A DNA stretch of 64,000 nucleotides. It comes from Eledone cirrhosa. Taxonomy: Eukaryota. A model generated the notes under the pieces. That model was not told where the DNA came from, did no database searches, and saw nothing but the letters and a program-made list of their open reading frames with translations. Positions within the stretch are counted from its first letter, which is position 1. The number at the start of each line of letters is the position of its first letter. Location: NCBI GenBank assembly GCA_964016885.1, contig OZ024757.1, positions 23,126,001 through 23,190,000 of the forward strand, read 5' to 3'. The translations under genes were made by a program, and so were the position numbers. Positions 14,768 through 28,462 of this stretch are shown here, piece after piece.

Positions 14768-15260
14768 ATAATAATAATAATAATAATGCTTTCTTTATTA
14801 ACCACAAGGGTTTACACAAAGTAAACATTAAGGACAGTACAGGACAATACAGGACGGTACAAATGGGCATTTCTGCATGTAAAAAAAAAAAAAAACAGAG
14901 GATTTAACAAAAAAGAACAATGAAAAATTCCCCAATAGGGGGGAGACTTCCAAAGGCCATCATGGAGAAAGCCCATTAAAAAAGCCACGGTAACCCTGAC
15001 CACCAGGGCAAGGGCCCTCTCCCAGTTTTCCACCTTTAATTTACAGGCACATTCTCAGAGTAGGTCCACTTACTCGGGCCATTCTTGCCTCTCTCGCCCA
15101 TCTTTCAACAAAAAGCTGGGAAGAGAGCACTTCCCTCTCTACCCTGATTTTCCTTTTCAAATGAAATTTGAAAAAGTTAATCAGGGCATCACCGAAGAGG
15201 TAAGTGCTCGTCTTCAGCCCTTTCAGACGTGTCCACCATACTATCTCTTTCGCCATAATA
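14768..15260 (-). mobile_element. L1/Tx1-like non-LTR retrotransposon 3' end
   Basis: Minus-strand peptide MAKEIVWWTRLKG...FFKFHLKRKIRVER...RW, then a UTR, AATAAA and an (ATT)n tail. Clade assignment is tentative. Confidence 0.55.
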
Positions 15261-15274
15261 ATGTTTTTTTTTTT

Positions 15275-15485
15275 ATATAGGCACAAGGTAAGTAATTTGG
15301 GGGGGAGGGGGGGTCGATTAAATCGACCCCCAGTGCGTGACTGGTACTTTATTTTATCGACCCAGTAAGGATGAAAGGCAAAGTTAACCTCGACAGGATT
15401 TGAACTCAGAACGTAAAGGGCCGTAACTCTATGCCGTGAAGCATGTTTTTCAATGCTCTACTGATACCGCTAATCCACCTCCTTA
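15275..15485 (-). mobile_element. Meta-type tRNA SINE
   Basis: ctggtactttattttatcgaccc..aggatgaaaggcaaagttaacctcg...atttgaactcagaacg. Confidence 0.85.
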
Positions 15486-15818
15486 TATAATCATCACCAC
15501 CACCACCACCACCACCACCACAATCATCATCATAATCATTAACAATTTCCATCCATACATGTTTATATCAGTCATTTCAAACAAATATTTTTTTCTTTAA
15601 AGAAAAAAAGCAATAATAAAGCAAGAAATAGAATATAAAAGTAATAAATAAATAAATAAAGGATCGGTCTCTGTTTTCCGAACTGATGGTCATTCCTATG
15701 ATTGAAGTCTGTTGATGAAACAAAATCAATGGAAGTTGTTTGCTATTTATCTTCCTGACCTCTGGACAGGGAGTGATTTCAGGACAAAATTAATGGAGCT
15801 TATGCTAAAATGGAAGTA

Positions 15819-16017
15819 TGAGAGTTGGCTGAAAAGTTCATAAGTGGACCATGATATTCTCATGGAATGACCAAATGAGGTTTATTTTTCAACACTAGTC
15901 TCTGGAAAGCAACAATGCAGTTATTAATATGAAGAGTTAAAATTAATGCATGGAAGATTTCCCAGCTCTAGCATCACACCTTCATAGTCAGCCTATAAAC
16001 TTTTCAGCCGACCTTTG
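15819..16017. mobile_element. Mariner-like MITE with TA TSD
   Basis: TA|tgagagttggctgaaaagttcataag ... cctataaacttttcagccgacctttg|TA. Confidence 0.75.
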
Positions 16018-16449
16018 TATGCTTAAATGGAATTAATTAAATGAGAGCAGAGCACGTTGAAAGGTCTGACCTGAGTTCAGGATCAGGTGAGGGCTTGCCA
16101 GTTTCCCAGAATTGCTTCAATTAAAAATGGAAGCCCCCTCCAAATAGAAATGGGAATGTTTATAACCAAAAGTCTTTAGATGCACCAGCTGAAGTGGTTT
16201 CTAAATTGATTTTTTTTGTATGCATTTCGCAGCAGTGGAGATTTTTATGACTGCTTTCTACAGTTCAATGCAATATTGATCGGAATGAGATTTTAATGAT
16301 TCACTGCTTTTGGGAAGGATTGTTTTTTGATATTTTATTTTATTTTAGGGGTTGGGGAGGGGCATAATTGCATTTTTGCATAGCTTGATAGAATTTGATT
16401 GACTATTAGTGGACAATCCTTATATTTATTACTATTTATTATCTATATT

Positions 16450-16812
16450 TGCAGAGTTACAACACTTTACTTTCTAAGTTCAAATCTCACAAAGGTTAAG
16501 CTTTGTTTTTCATCCTTATGGGAGTTGATAGTACCAGTAATGCACTGGTGTTGATTTACTCAAGTTTCCCCTCCCACAAAATTGTTAGCCATGTGCCTAA
16601 ATTAGCTATGTGCCATTATCAGATAAATAATTGTTTCTACTTTAGGCACAAGGCCAGCAATTACCCAGTGCATTACTGGTACTTTATTTTATCGACCCCA
16701 TAAGGATGAAAGGCAAAGTCAACCTCAGCGAGATTTGAACTCAGATCGTAAAGGGACGTAACTATGCTGGAAAGCATGGCGTCCGACCCTCTACCGATAC
16801 TGCCAATCCACC
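16450..16812. mobile_element. Two Meta-type SINEs, tail-to-tail
   Basis: Degenerate + copy at 16450-16610 and well-preserved - copy at 16630-16812. Confidence 0.75.
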
Positions 16813-17092
16813 GAGATAAATAATAGATTGGAAATACACAAAGCAGATTGACTTCTAAAACAGCTTCAGGCCCATTTATTTCAGACACAGACCAGTTCAA
16901 GAAGAATACATTGATTGTTTGTTTTGAACTGTTTCTGTTTTACATTTGAAGAGAGGGTTTAACCCTGAAATATCATGTTGAAATATACTGGGTAAAACAT
17001 TACTTTGTTTTGCTTTATTTGTCGACCGTTGCCTATTGTATGTTTCAATCGCATTGTACCAGCTTTATGAAACTTAGTTTTTATTACATATA

Positions 17093-17580
17093 CTAGCAGA
17101 AAACCACCCTTCGGATGGTTTTCTGCTAACATGTGTAGTGTGTATATTGATATTATACGCAAGTATATATGCATGTAGATATGATACATCAAATAAAATC
17201 GTAATTGACAATATACACAGAAATTGAACAAAGACTGCGTTACACTGTCTTATGTAATCAGTAACGTAATCCATGATACATTAAAAAAAGACGATATTAT
17301 ATATAAACTGCATTAGGAGAAAATTAGTGACGGAAATATATGAATGTTTATTTAAGCGATCGCTAACCGGAAATGTTGACATTTGAAAATTTTAAAGAAG
17401 TGAATCTTAAAATAAGCAACAAAATTATTTATATTTAATCAAGAATAATGAAATTTAGTGGATAAATTATGTAATATTCATTCACTATTTGTTCAAAGTA
17501 ATCCAACTTATTTTACAACCGGGATAAAAAAAATATATTCTGGACTCAGTTCCACACTCCTTACTTTATTATAGTTTAGA
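17093..17580 (-). mobile_element. Non-autonomous Helitron
   Basis: Minus strand: A|TCtaaactataataaag ... hairpin aaaccatcc-gaa-gggtggttt ... gCTAG|T. No TSD. Second copy at 51010-51492. Confidence 0.85.
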
Positions 17581-17586
17581 TTCATA

Positions 17587-17626
<40 letters not shown>

Positions 17627-17911
17627 TCTAAACTATAATAAACAGAAATGGTACAGTATATGGAAGGAATATATTAGTTTAATGCTTGAAATAGCAGGAA
17701 GAGGCTCTTAACATTTCGGATGCTGGTCCTTCATCAGAAGAAAGAATGAGAAATTAAAAAGATAGAGCGGACGGGAAGGGTGGAATCGGAAAAAATTTTT
17801 TTTTAGCGAAAACTGATATTTAAGAAAGTAAGTTTTTTTAAATATCCCACATGGGTAAAAATTTAAGAAAAAGAAATAGAAAATGCAAATGGCGTCTTTT
17901 AAGAATATTTA

Positions 17912-17955
17912 TTTACTTTACTAGTTTCACAGATCTTATGATTTTCAAAAGTAAA
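17912..17955 (-). ncRNA. Degenerate minimal hammerhead motif
   Basis: tttactt TTGAAAA tcataagatctgt GAAA ctaGTA aagtaaa: perfect 7-bp stem I, palindromic ACTAGT, two core substitutions. Confidence 0.5.
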
Positions 17956-18189
17956 ATTGAGATGGTGGGTTTGTGTTTCTATTGTGGTTGGTCTCGCATC
18001 TAGTTAGAGTTGAAAGATTCTTTGTTTTATACAAAATAAGTGGCACAGATTGCTATTTGTTTAAAATGTAATTTGGTTCGTTGATGATAGTCTTGTGATT
18101 AGGGACAGTAATTTTTATGCCAGAAATAGTGGCTCAAAATTTATATTTGCCATTTTATTTGTTGGTGACAGACATGTAATTAGACAAGA

Positions 18190-18403
18190 TTTACAGTGTG
18201 GACTGGGCACTTTTTATCATGACCCCTACATAACCACTTTACAGTGTGGACTGGGCACTTTTTATCATGACCCCTACATAACCACTTTACAGTGTGGACT
18301 GGGCACTTTTTATCATGACCCCTACATAACCACTTTACAGTGTGGACTGGGCACTTTTTATCATGACCCCTACATAACCACTTTACAGTGTGGACTGGGT
18401 GCT
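18190..18403. repeat. 48-bp minisatellite (~4.4 copies) inside an RTE 3' UTR
   Basis: Unit tttacagtgtggactgggcactttttatcatgacccctacataaccac. Confidence 0.9.
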
Positions 18404-18574
18404 CATTGTTGTGGCATCAGGATGACCACTTAAAAGTATGGACTGGGGACTTGGGTGAGGGAGTTTCAGGGGGAAATGAGGCGGTAGATCTAGGGGTGAG
18501 GTGTTATGGCTTGGGTGAGGTAATTACAATGTGGTAGGTGTATGGGAGGGGTGATAGGGGGGAAGATGGTATGT

Positions 18575-19092
18575 CTCAGTCACTGCATATGGGAAGGTAG
18601 GTCTTCTGTATTACTGCATAACACCAGAGATCCTGGTCCTGTGTCATTGCCTTTGAGAGGTATAATTGTGCAAGGCCAGTTTTTATCCTCTCATCCCAAG
18701 TCTTTCTAGGTCTGCCTCCCTCCATACTTTCCCTCAACTTTGGGTGGTGATCTGCACTCTTTTTATACAGCTGTGATCTTTCATACGCGCCACATGTCCA
18801 TACCAATGCAGTCTCCTCTCTTCCACACTGCATCTGATCCCTCTTACGCCTAATTTCTCACTCAGTTCATTTATGCTTTGCCATTCATGTTTATTACTAT
18901 TGCCTATCCAATGAAGCATGGAGGCTTCATTTCTTTCCTAACTTCACAGGTCCTCTGCATACAGTGCCCAGCTCTCACTACCATGCAACATTGCAGTTCA
19001 TACACATGCATCATAGAGTCTGCCTTTCAATTTGAGGGGAAATCGTTTTGTCGTTAGCGATGCTAGTGACTCCCTACACTTTCTCCAACCCG
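18575..19092 (-). mobile_element. RTE LINE 3' coding remnant
   Basis: QSINELSEKLGVRGIRCSVEERRLHWYGHV...GRPRKTWDE. Confidence 0.85.
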
Positions 19093-19136
19093 GTTTTTTG
19101 AAATATCCAGTTCTGCGTTTACAGATTGACTTTGTT

Positions 19137-19187
19137 AGTTTCAGAAGATCCCGTTAAGGGTGAAAGCAGCGATTCTTTGCTTAAACT
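19137..19187 (+). ncRNA. Variant hammerhead-like motif (CAGAAGA core)
   Basis: agttt CAGAAGA tccc-gttaa-gggt GAA AGCA...TGCT T aaact; near-identical copy at 40012-40062. Confidence 0.45.
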
Positions 19188-19719
19188 TTAATCTGTTATT
19201 TTAATAAATATTTGCTCTACGGTTCTTATATATTTGATATATATTTTCCTTATCGAGCCCTCTTTGGATTTTAGTCTTCAATTTTATTATTATTACTATA
19301 TATATATATATATATATATATCAGCAGAAAATACATTTACATAACACAGATAAATGCAATGTCACCTGATGAGAAAAACCTTCCTGGCAGTGCACTTTTG
19401 ACATTAAGGTGATATTACACTTGAAATTCCATTTTGCACAACAGATTCGAGTTCACTCAGTTGATGCGATGCATCTGCAACTTGAAAGCATCATTAATAT
19501 AACTAGCCTTCTCATTATTAAGCTAATGTTTATAACATAACTTAACAAAGGTTTATACATAAAACGATGATAAAAGGTATTTTACATAAATATAAAACAG
19601 TTTAAAATAAATAGTTTTGTGTCATAAAACTAGAGATGCTTTCAGGCAGCTTTTGATATCAAAGGGTTAAAATATTGAGTGTAAGGGAACAAATTATCAT
19701 TAATAGGAGAGGAGTAAAA

Positions 19720-19820
19720 ACACATATATATAAATATATAAACACATATTGTACCTACACACAGCACTGCACATACACACACACAAACTGACATATATAT
19801 AAACACAGCACTGCATACAC

Positions 19821-19852
<32 letters not shown>

Positions 19853-21520
19853 TGCACACAGAGATACACACACAAACTGACATATATATAAACACACACT
19901 GCACACACACACACAAACTGACATATATATAAACACACACTGCACACAAACTGACATATATATAAACACACATTGCACACATACACACACACACACACTG
20001 ACATATATATAAACACATTGCACACATACACACACACAGACATATATATAAACACACACTGCACACACACACACACACACAAACTGACATATATATAAAC
20101 ACATACTGCACACACACACACACACAAACTGACATATATAAACACAGCACTGCACACACACATACTGCACACAGAGATACACACACACACACAAACTGAC
20201 ATATATATAAACACACACTGCACACACAAACTGACATATATATAAACACACATTGCACACACACACAGACATATATATAAACACACACTGCACACATACA
20301 CACACACACACACAAACTGACATATATATAAACACACACTGCACACATACACACAAACTGACATATAAACACACACTGCACACATACACATACATGTAGT
20401 ACACACACACACGTAGTACACACATGTAGTACACACACACACACACATAGTACACACACACATAGCACACACACACACACACACACATAGTACATACACA
20501 CACACACATAGTACACACACATAGTACACACACACACACATATAGTACACACACACACGCACATAGTACACACACACATAGTACACACACACACACAGTA
20601 CACACACGTTACACACACTAGTAACACCACCCCAAACAACACAGTTACCTTACATATCCACCAACATTACCATCATGGCTGTCAATACATAGAGATTATT
20701 GACAACTTCACTACCAACACCACTACCACTACTACCACCAATACTATTACCAATACTACTACCAATACCGCTACCAACACCACTACCACCACTACCTAAA
20801 CCACTACCACCACCACTACCAATACTATTACCAATACTACTACCGCTACCAACACCACTACCACCACTACCAATACTATTACCAATACTACTACCAATAC
20901 CGCTACCACTACCAACACCACTACCAACACCACTACCACTACCACCACTACCACCACTACCAATACTATTACCAATACTACTACCAACACCGCTACCACC
21001 ACTACCTAAACCACTACCAACACCACCACCACCATCACTACCACCATCACTACCACCACCACTACCACCACTACCATCACCACCACTACCACCACAGCCA
21101 CCACTACCACCACCACTACCACCACTACCACCACCACAGCCACCACACTACCACCATCACACCCACCACTACCACCACCACCACTACCACCACTACCACC
21201 ACTACCACCACAGGCACTACTACCAACACCACAGTCACCACCACCACCACCACTACCACCACAGGCACTACCACCACTACTACCACCACCACAGCCACCA
21301 CCACCACTACCACCACAGCCACCACCACCACCACTACCACCACCACCACCACTACCACCACAGGCACTACCACCACCACCACCACTACCACCACCACCAC
21401 TACCACCACAGCCACCACCACCACCATCACTACCACCACAGGCACTACCACCACCACCACCACCACCACTACCACCACTTCCAGAACCACCACTTCCAGA
21501 ACCACCACCACCACCACAAC
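19720..21520. repeat. Compound (CA)n minisatellite (19720-20620) and (CCA/CTA)n tract (20700-21520)
   Basis: Anchors aaactgacatatatataaacacacactgc; accactacc repeats. Confidence 0.95.
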
Positions 21521-21835
21521 AACACCCTCTTCCTTCCATTATCTTCACAGGTCACACCTAACCCAATGCACAAATAATGAAATCTTCCTATTTCTTTAGT
21601 CTTCCAACACTGGTCAAATATTTCCAGTAGTTTTGTTTTTTTTATATTTTTTTTATCCTGTTTACATAGTAAATATTTCTATCTCATTCCACCATTTCAT
21701 CTTTATTCTCTTATCTTTCTGCTATTTACTCTTCATTCTACCACTTCTCGCTATCTCACTTTCATTTTCACTCAATAAACACAACAAAACACATTCTTGA
21801 AATAATCTTTTTTTTTTACTTTGCTTGCTTCTTTA

Positions 21836-21966
21836 TTTTGCTTTCGTTTTGATTAGCAGAATCGGCGGAGCATTGGAAGGACACAACACATCACCCGGTC
21901 TGAGAATTGAACTCACAACCTTTCAATTGCAAGCCCAATGCTCTAACCACTAAGCCATGTGCCTCC

Positions 21967-22007
<41 letters not shown>

Positions 22008-22195
22008 ATGCTGTCTTATAGTCATTTTCTGTTATTCACAAACACAACTACTATGAACTAATGTTTTTGCTTTCGTTTTGATTAGCAGAATCGGCGGAGC
22101 ATTGGAAGGACACAACACATCACCCGGTCTGAGAATTGAACTCACAACCTTTCAATTGCAAGCCCAATGCTCTAACCACTAAGCCATGTGCCTCC

Positions 22196-22252
<57 letters not shown>

Positions 22253-22440
22253 ATGCTGTCTTATAGTCATTTTCTGTTATTCACAAACACAACTACTATG
22301 AACTAATGTTTTTGCTTTCGTTTTGATTAGCAGAATCGGCGGAGCATTGGAAGGACACAACACATCACCCGGTCTGAGAATTGAACTCACAACCTTTCAA
22401 TTGCAAGCCCAATGCTCTAACCACTAAGCCATGTGCCTCC

Positions 22441-22475
<35 letters not shown>

Positions 22476-22575
22476 CTATGCTGTCTTATAGTCATTTTCT
22501 GTTATTCACAAACACAACTACTATGAACTAATGTTTTTGCTTTCGTTTTGATTAGCAGAATCGGCGGAGCATTGG
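21836..22575. repeat. Tandem triplication of a ~230-bp unit containing a SINE head and (TG)n
   Basis: Units start at 21836, 22065, 22310 and (partial) 22535; they differ mainly in TG/TA length. Confidence 0.95.
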
Positions 22576-23290
22576 ACAACATGCTACGGTCTGAGTTCAA
22601 ACTCCGCTGAGGTTTACTTTGCCTTTCATCTTTACGGGGTCGATAAAATAAAGTACCAGTCTCCAGTCACACACTGGGGTTGATTTAATCAACTTTCCCC
22701 CCCCCCCCAATTATTATTGTGGATTGGCAGTGTCGGTAGAGGTTCGGACACAATGCTTTGCAGCATAGTGCAGCATAGAGTTACGTCCCTTTGCGGTCTG
22801 TGTTCAAATTCCGCCAAGGTTAACTTTGCCTTTCATCCTTATGGGGTCGATAAAATAAAGTACCAGTCACACACTGGGGTTGATTTAATCAACTTTTCCC
22901 TCCCCCCCAATTATTATTGGGGATTGGCAGTGTCGGTAGAGGTTCGGACACAATGCTTTGCAGCATAGAGTTACGTCCCTTTGCGGTCTGTGTTCAAACT
23001 CCCGCCAAGGTTAACTTTGCCTTTCATCCTTATGGGGTCGATAAAATAAAGTACCAGTCACACACTGGGGTTGATTTAATCAACTTTTCCCTCCCCCAAT
23101 TATTATTGTGGATTGGCAGTGTCGGTAGAGGTTCGGACACAATGCTTTGCAGCATAGAGTTACGTCCCTTTGCGGTCTGTGTTCAAATTCCGCCAAGGTT
23201 AACTTTGCCTTTCATCCTTATGGGGTCGATAAAATAAAGTACCAGTAATGCACTGGGATAATTGCTGGCCTTGTGCCAAAAATAGAAACA
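22576..23290 (+). mobile_element. Tandem array of four Meta-type SINE units (~190 bp)
   Basis: cgataaaataaagtaccag at 22641, 22848, 23039 and 23228. Confidence 0.9.
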
Positions 23291-23396
23291 ATTATTAGAA
23301 ATAATTATTAAAATGAAAAGAAATAATAGCAGTATCGGTAGAGCGTCGGACAACATGCTTTGTGGCACAAAGTTACGGCCCTTTACATTCTGAGAT

Positions 23397-23965
23397 GTGT
23401 GGCGTGGCGTGGCATGGTATGGTGTGGTGTGGCGTGGCGTGGCGTGGTATGGCATGGTATGGTGTGGTATGGTGTGCTGTGGTATGGTATGGTGTGGCGT
23501 GGTATGGTGTGGTGTGGCGTGGTATGGTGTGGTGTGGCGTGGTATGGTGTGGTGTGGCGTGGTATGGTGTGGTGTGGCATGGCATGGTGTGGCGTGGCGT
23601 GGTGTGGCCTGGCGTGGTGTGGCGTGGTATGGTGTGGTGTGGTGTGGTATGGTATTGGTATGGTGTGGTATGGTATTATATTGCATGGTATGGTGTGGTG
23701 AGGTATGGTGTGGTGTGGTATGGTGTGGTATTGTATGGTATGGTGTGGCATGGTGTGGTGGGGTATGGTATTGGTATGGTGCGGTATAGTATTGGTATGG
23801 TGGGGTGTAGTGTGGTATGGTATAGTATGGTATGGTATGGTATGGTGTAGTGTGGTGTAGTGTGGTATGGTATGGTGTGGTGTAGTGTGGTATGGTAAAG
23901 TATGGTGTGGTATAGTGTGGTGTGGTGTAGTGTGGTATAGTAAGGTGTGGTGTAGTATGGTGTAG
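23397..23965. repeat. (TGGTG/TGGTA/TGGCG)n pentanucleotide tract
   Basis: Direct reading of the sequence. Confidence 0.95.
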
Positions 23966-24249
23966 TTGTTGGGTTGCCATGTTGACATAACCTAGCAAAG
24001 CCCATCACTTCTCCAGGTCTCAATATAATAAATTTCCTCCAGAGAAGGATAGAAAGCGAGAGAATGGAAGGGATAAGGAATTATAGAGGAAGAATCTACC
24101 CCAGTACAAGACTGGTACTTGTTTTATCAAACTCGAAAAGTTGAAAAGCAAAGCTAACGTTGGCAGGATTTGAACTCAGAGAGAGGAGAGCTGGAACGAA
24201 TATCACAAACCATTCTATCTGACATTCTAATGACTAACAATTTGTTGCA

Positions 24250-24450
24250 TACACACACACACACCACATGGGTGTGTGTGTGTATATATAAATATATATA
24301 TATACACACACATACCTATACACATATATATATACAAGCACACATAACACACATATATACAAGCACACATAACACACATATATACACACACACACCACAT
24401 ATGTGTGTGTGTGTATATATATAAATATATATATATACACACATACCTAT

Positions 24451-24485
<35 letters not shown>

Positions 24486-25408
24486 AGCACACATAACACA
24501 CACATATATACACACACACCACATATGTGTGTGTATATATATAAATATATATATATACACACATACCTATACACATATATATATACAAGCACATAACACA
24601 CACATATATACACACACACACCACATATGTGTGTGTGTGTATATATATAAATATATATATATACACACATACCTATACACATATATACACATATATATAT
24701 ACAAGCACACATAACACACATATACACACACACACACACCACATATGTGTGTGTGTATGTATATAAATATATATACACACATACCTATACACACATATAT
24801 ATATATATATATACAAGCACACATAACACACACATATATACAAACACACACCACATATGTGTGTGTGTGTATATATATAAATATATATATATAAATATAT
24901 ATATACACACATACCTATACACATATATACACATATATATATACAAGCACACATAACACACACATATATACACACACACACCACATATGTGTGTGTGTGT
25001 GTATATATATAAATATATATATATATACACACATACCTATACACATATATATATATATATATACAAGCACACATAACACACACATATATACACACACACA
25101 CCACATATGTGTGTGTGTGTATATATATATAAATATATATATATAAATATATATATACACACATACCTATACACATATATACACATATATATATACAAGC
25201 ACACATAACACACACATATATACACACACACACCACATATGTGTGTGTGTGTGTATATATATAAATATATATATATACACACACATACCTATACACATAT
25301 ATATATATATATATATACAAGCTCACATAACACACACATATATACACACACACACCACATATGTGTGTGTGTATATATATAAATATATATATATACACAC
25401 ATACCTAT

Positions 25409-25459
<51 letters not shown>

Positions 25460-25863
25460 AGCACACATAACACACCACATATGTTGGTGTGTGTATATAT
25501 ATATAAATATATATATATATACACATACCTATACACATATATATATATATACAAGCACACATAACACACCACATATGTGTGTGTATGTATATATATAAAT
25601 ATATATATATATACACACATACCTATACACATATATATATATATATATATGTATACAAGCACACATAACACACCACATATGTGTGTGTGTGTATATATAT
25701 AAATATATATATATACACACATACCTATACACACATATATATATATACAAGCACACATAACACACCACATATACCTATACACACATATATATACAAGCAC
25801 ACATAACACACCACATGTGTGTGTGTGTGTATATATATAAATATATATATATATACACACATA

Positions 25864-25907
<44 letters not shown>

Positions 25908-26110
25908 AGCACACATAACACACACATATACACACACACACCACATATGTGTGTGTGTGTATATATATAAATATATATATATACGCACATACCTATACAC
26001 ATATATATATATATATATACAAGCACACATAACACACACACACCACATATGTGTGTGTGTGTATATATATAAATATATATATATACACACATACCTATAC
26101 ACATATATAC
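24250..26110. repeat. Higher-order TA/CA/TG compound minisatellite (~110-130-bp units)
   Basis: Recurring anchors caagcacacataacacac, ccacatatgtgtg and catacctatacac. Confidence 0.9.
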
Positions 26111-26157
26111 TATTCAAAATATTAATAAATGAAAAATATTCTCATAACCAAAATATA

Positions 26158-26220
26158 TATTTTATTATACATATTTCAAAGGTACAATGGTGTTTAAGTA
26201 CGTTTTCATCAGATAAAATA
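26158..26220 (-). ncRNA. Type I hammerhead ribozyme motif
   Basis: tattttat CTGATGA aaacgtac..gtaccttt GAAA tatgt ATA ataaaata. Confidence 0.8.
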
Positions 26221-26445
26221 TATGAGAGATTGGAAATGCGACATACTGCTATAGTTTTGATTTTTCAATTCCAGTATTGGTTATACATATATATTTATAT
26301 ATATACATGTACATATTACACACACATATATACACCAGCATATATATACATACACATATAACACACACATATATACACACACACATACATAGACATATAA
26401 CAGGCACACACGCACATATATACATACACATATAACACACACATA

Positions 26446-26800
26446 TCATCATCATCATCATCATCATCATCATTTCATTTTACGTCCACTTTTCCCTGCT
26501 TGCAAGGGTGGGACAGGAACTGATTCTGGCTTGATTTCTACAGCTGGATGCCCTTCCTAACACCAACCTCATTTACAGTGAGTGCTGGGTGCTCTTTTGC
26601 CGTGGCACCTGCACGACCACTTTGCAGTGGAATGATAGGGACCGAAGTCCCTATCATCTCATTTCTACAGCTGAGTAAACTGGAGCAATGTGAAATAAAG
26701 TGTCTTGCTCAAGGAAACAACACATCACCCGGTCTGAGAATTGAACTCACAACCTTTCGATTGCAAGGCCAATGCTCTAACCACTAAGCCATGTTCCTCC
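26446..26800 (-). mobile_element. Full CORE-SINE with RTE tail type B
   Basis: tRNA head (tggcttagtgg / gagttcaattc), CORE, then ...cccacccttgcaagcagggaaaag..(GAT)n on the minus strand; flanked by a ~140-bp (TA)n at 26810-26951. Confidence 0.85.
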
Positions 26801-26806
26801 TATATG

Positions 26807-26954
<148 letters not shown>

Positions 26955-27149
26955 CAATGATAAATAAGACTAATACAGTTAATTATATAAGATTTTGATA
27001 AATTAACACGTTTCTTTGAAATCTTAAGCAGACATATAATTAATTATTTCGTAATTAATTATATGAACAAAAGATTGGAATTAATCAGAATTAATAAAAA
27101 GAGATTATAAAAGATTTTACCTCTTAAAATCTTATTGATTTCAGATTTA

Positions 27150-27420
27150 GCCGAACAGCTAATCAAGATGTTGCGGCCAGGAACCACCAGCACTGCGACC
27201 CACCTTACACAGAAAATGAAAATAGACAAATACTGGGGTTTACACCAGCTGCTTCCTCTTCATACCAGGCGCCATCGAGATCTCATATGTACTTGGACCC
27301 CCATACAGTCGAGCTCCTCCGTAAGATCGGAATGTTGGTGTTCCATCTCAGGAAGGAGCCCTGCAAGGTGGGGTGGCTGTTGCAGCAAGTGTCACTAGCC
27401 ATTGTCGGCGAGAACACCTT
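27150..27420 (+). mobile_element. Decayed CRE-like non-LTR retrotransposon, restriction-like endonuclease region
   Basis: Three frames stitch to QKMKIDKYWGL / FLFIPGAIEISYVLGP / HTVELLRKIG...KEP..VGWLLQQVSLAIVGEN, matching the K..KY...F.P.A.E..G..G.....L.QR.S.AI.RGN pattern of CRE-clade C-termini. Confidence 0.7.
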
Positions 27421-27423
27421 AGT

Positions 27424-27630
27424 GGAAGGGAATGGCAAGGACTCTAGTGTCACAGAAGAATGGGGAGGGGGATGATGACTGGACTCTGGGCCTAGGGCAG
27501 TGGAGAGGCCCAGTGCCCAATCACCTTCCCCTCCCCATTCCTCTGCGACACTAGAGTCCTTGCCATTCCCTTCCTTTGCCATTCCCTTCCTTTGCCATTC
27601 CCTTCCTTTGCCATTCCCTTCCTTTGCCAT
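27424..27630. repeat. 150-bp hairpin (27424-27574) plus three extra 16-bp terminal repeats
   Basis: ggaagggaatggcaaggactctagtgtc / gacactagagtccttgccattcccttcc, followed by (tttgccattcccttcc)n. Confidence 0.9.
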
Positions 27631-28410
27631 TTTTTTTTCTTTTTTCTCTTTTTTCTTTATATTTTCCCATTTTATATTCCATTCTTCTCAATCTAAATGT
27701 TTTTTTCTTTTTCTATTAAACTCTATTTACATGATATATTCCCCAAATAAAATATGACATTGTTACACACTTATGCCAACAACATCATATAAATAATCAT
27801 TTTGGTTTTATTCATCATTGTAATAATTGCTTTATGAGTTTACTTAAACACCTTCAAATAAGGATTTCATACAACTCAAACAGAATTATATGAAACCTTC
27901 TGAGTAGTTTACTGTAATAAATCTCATATTTTAAGCTGTAATAATTTCGTCACCTACCCTTATAAGCTTCCTTGTTTGAAAACGATATTTTATAAACTAT
28001 CATTGAAGTTGGTGGTTCACAACTGGATAGAACTTTTCATTCTATTGATGCAATAGAAAGAGCGCACTTAATGTGATGCAACTTAATTATCTTTGGTGTA
28101 AGATTCTGTTAGTGGTACATAGATGGTATTAAACATTACTGAATAAAGCAACAAGAGGCCGGAAAGTTGAAATTCCTTTAAAGTTTCTATTCTGTCATGT
28201 AGGCGCCACAGTAAAAAAAGCACCCAGTACTAACTGTAAATGAGGTTGGTGTTAGGAAGGGCATCCAGCTGTAGAAATCAAGCCAGATTCAGTTCCCGTA
28301 TGAGCAAGACAAGGTCAGCCGACAAGACACTGCCCACAACAGGACAACCCGTCTAACCCATGCTAGCGTGGAAGAATGGACATAAAACGGTGATGATGAT
28401 GATTCTGCAG

Positions 28411-28462
28411 GCACTATATATATTTCAATGACCAGTAAGATTCCAGTGACTTCATCAGGTGC
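28411..28462 (-). ncRNA. Type I hammerhead ribozyme motif
   Basis: gcac CTGATGA agtcactgg..ctggtcatt GAAA tatat ATA gtgc. Confidence 0.75.

Noticed and set aside
27145-27320. Apparent host coding exon with AG/GT boundaries
   Set aside because: Retrotransposon RLE similarity spans three frames and continues past the putative donor; no partner exons were found.
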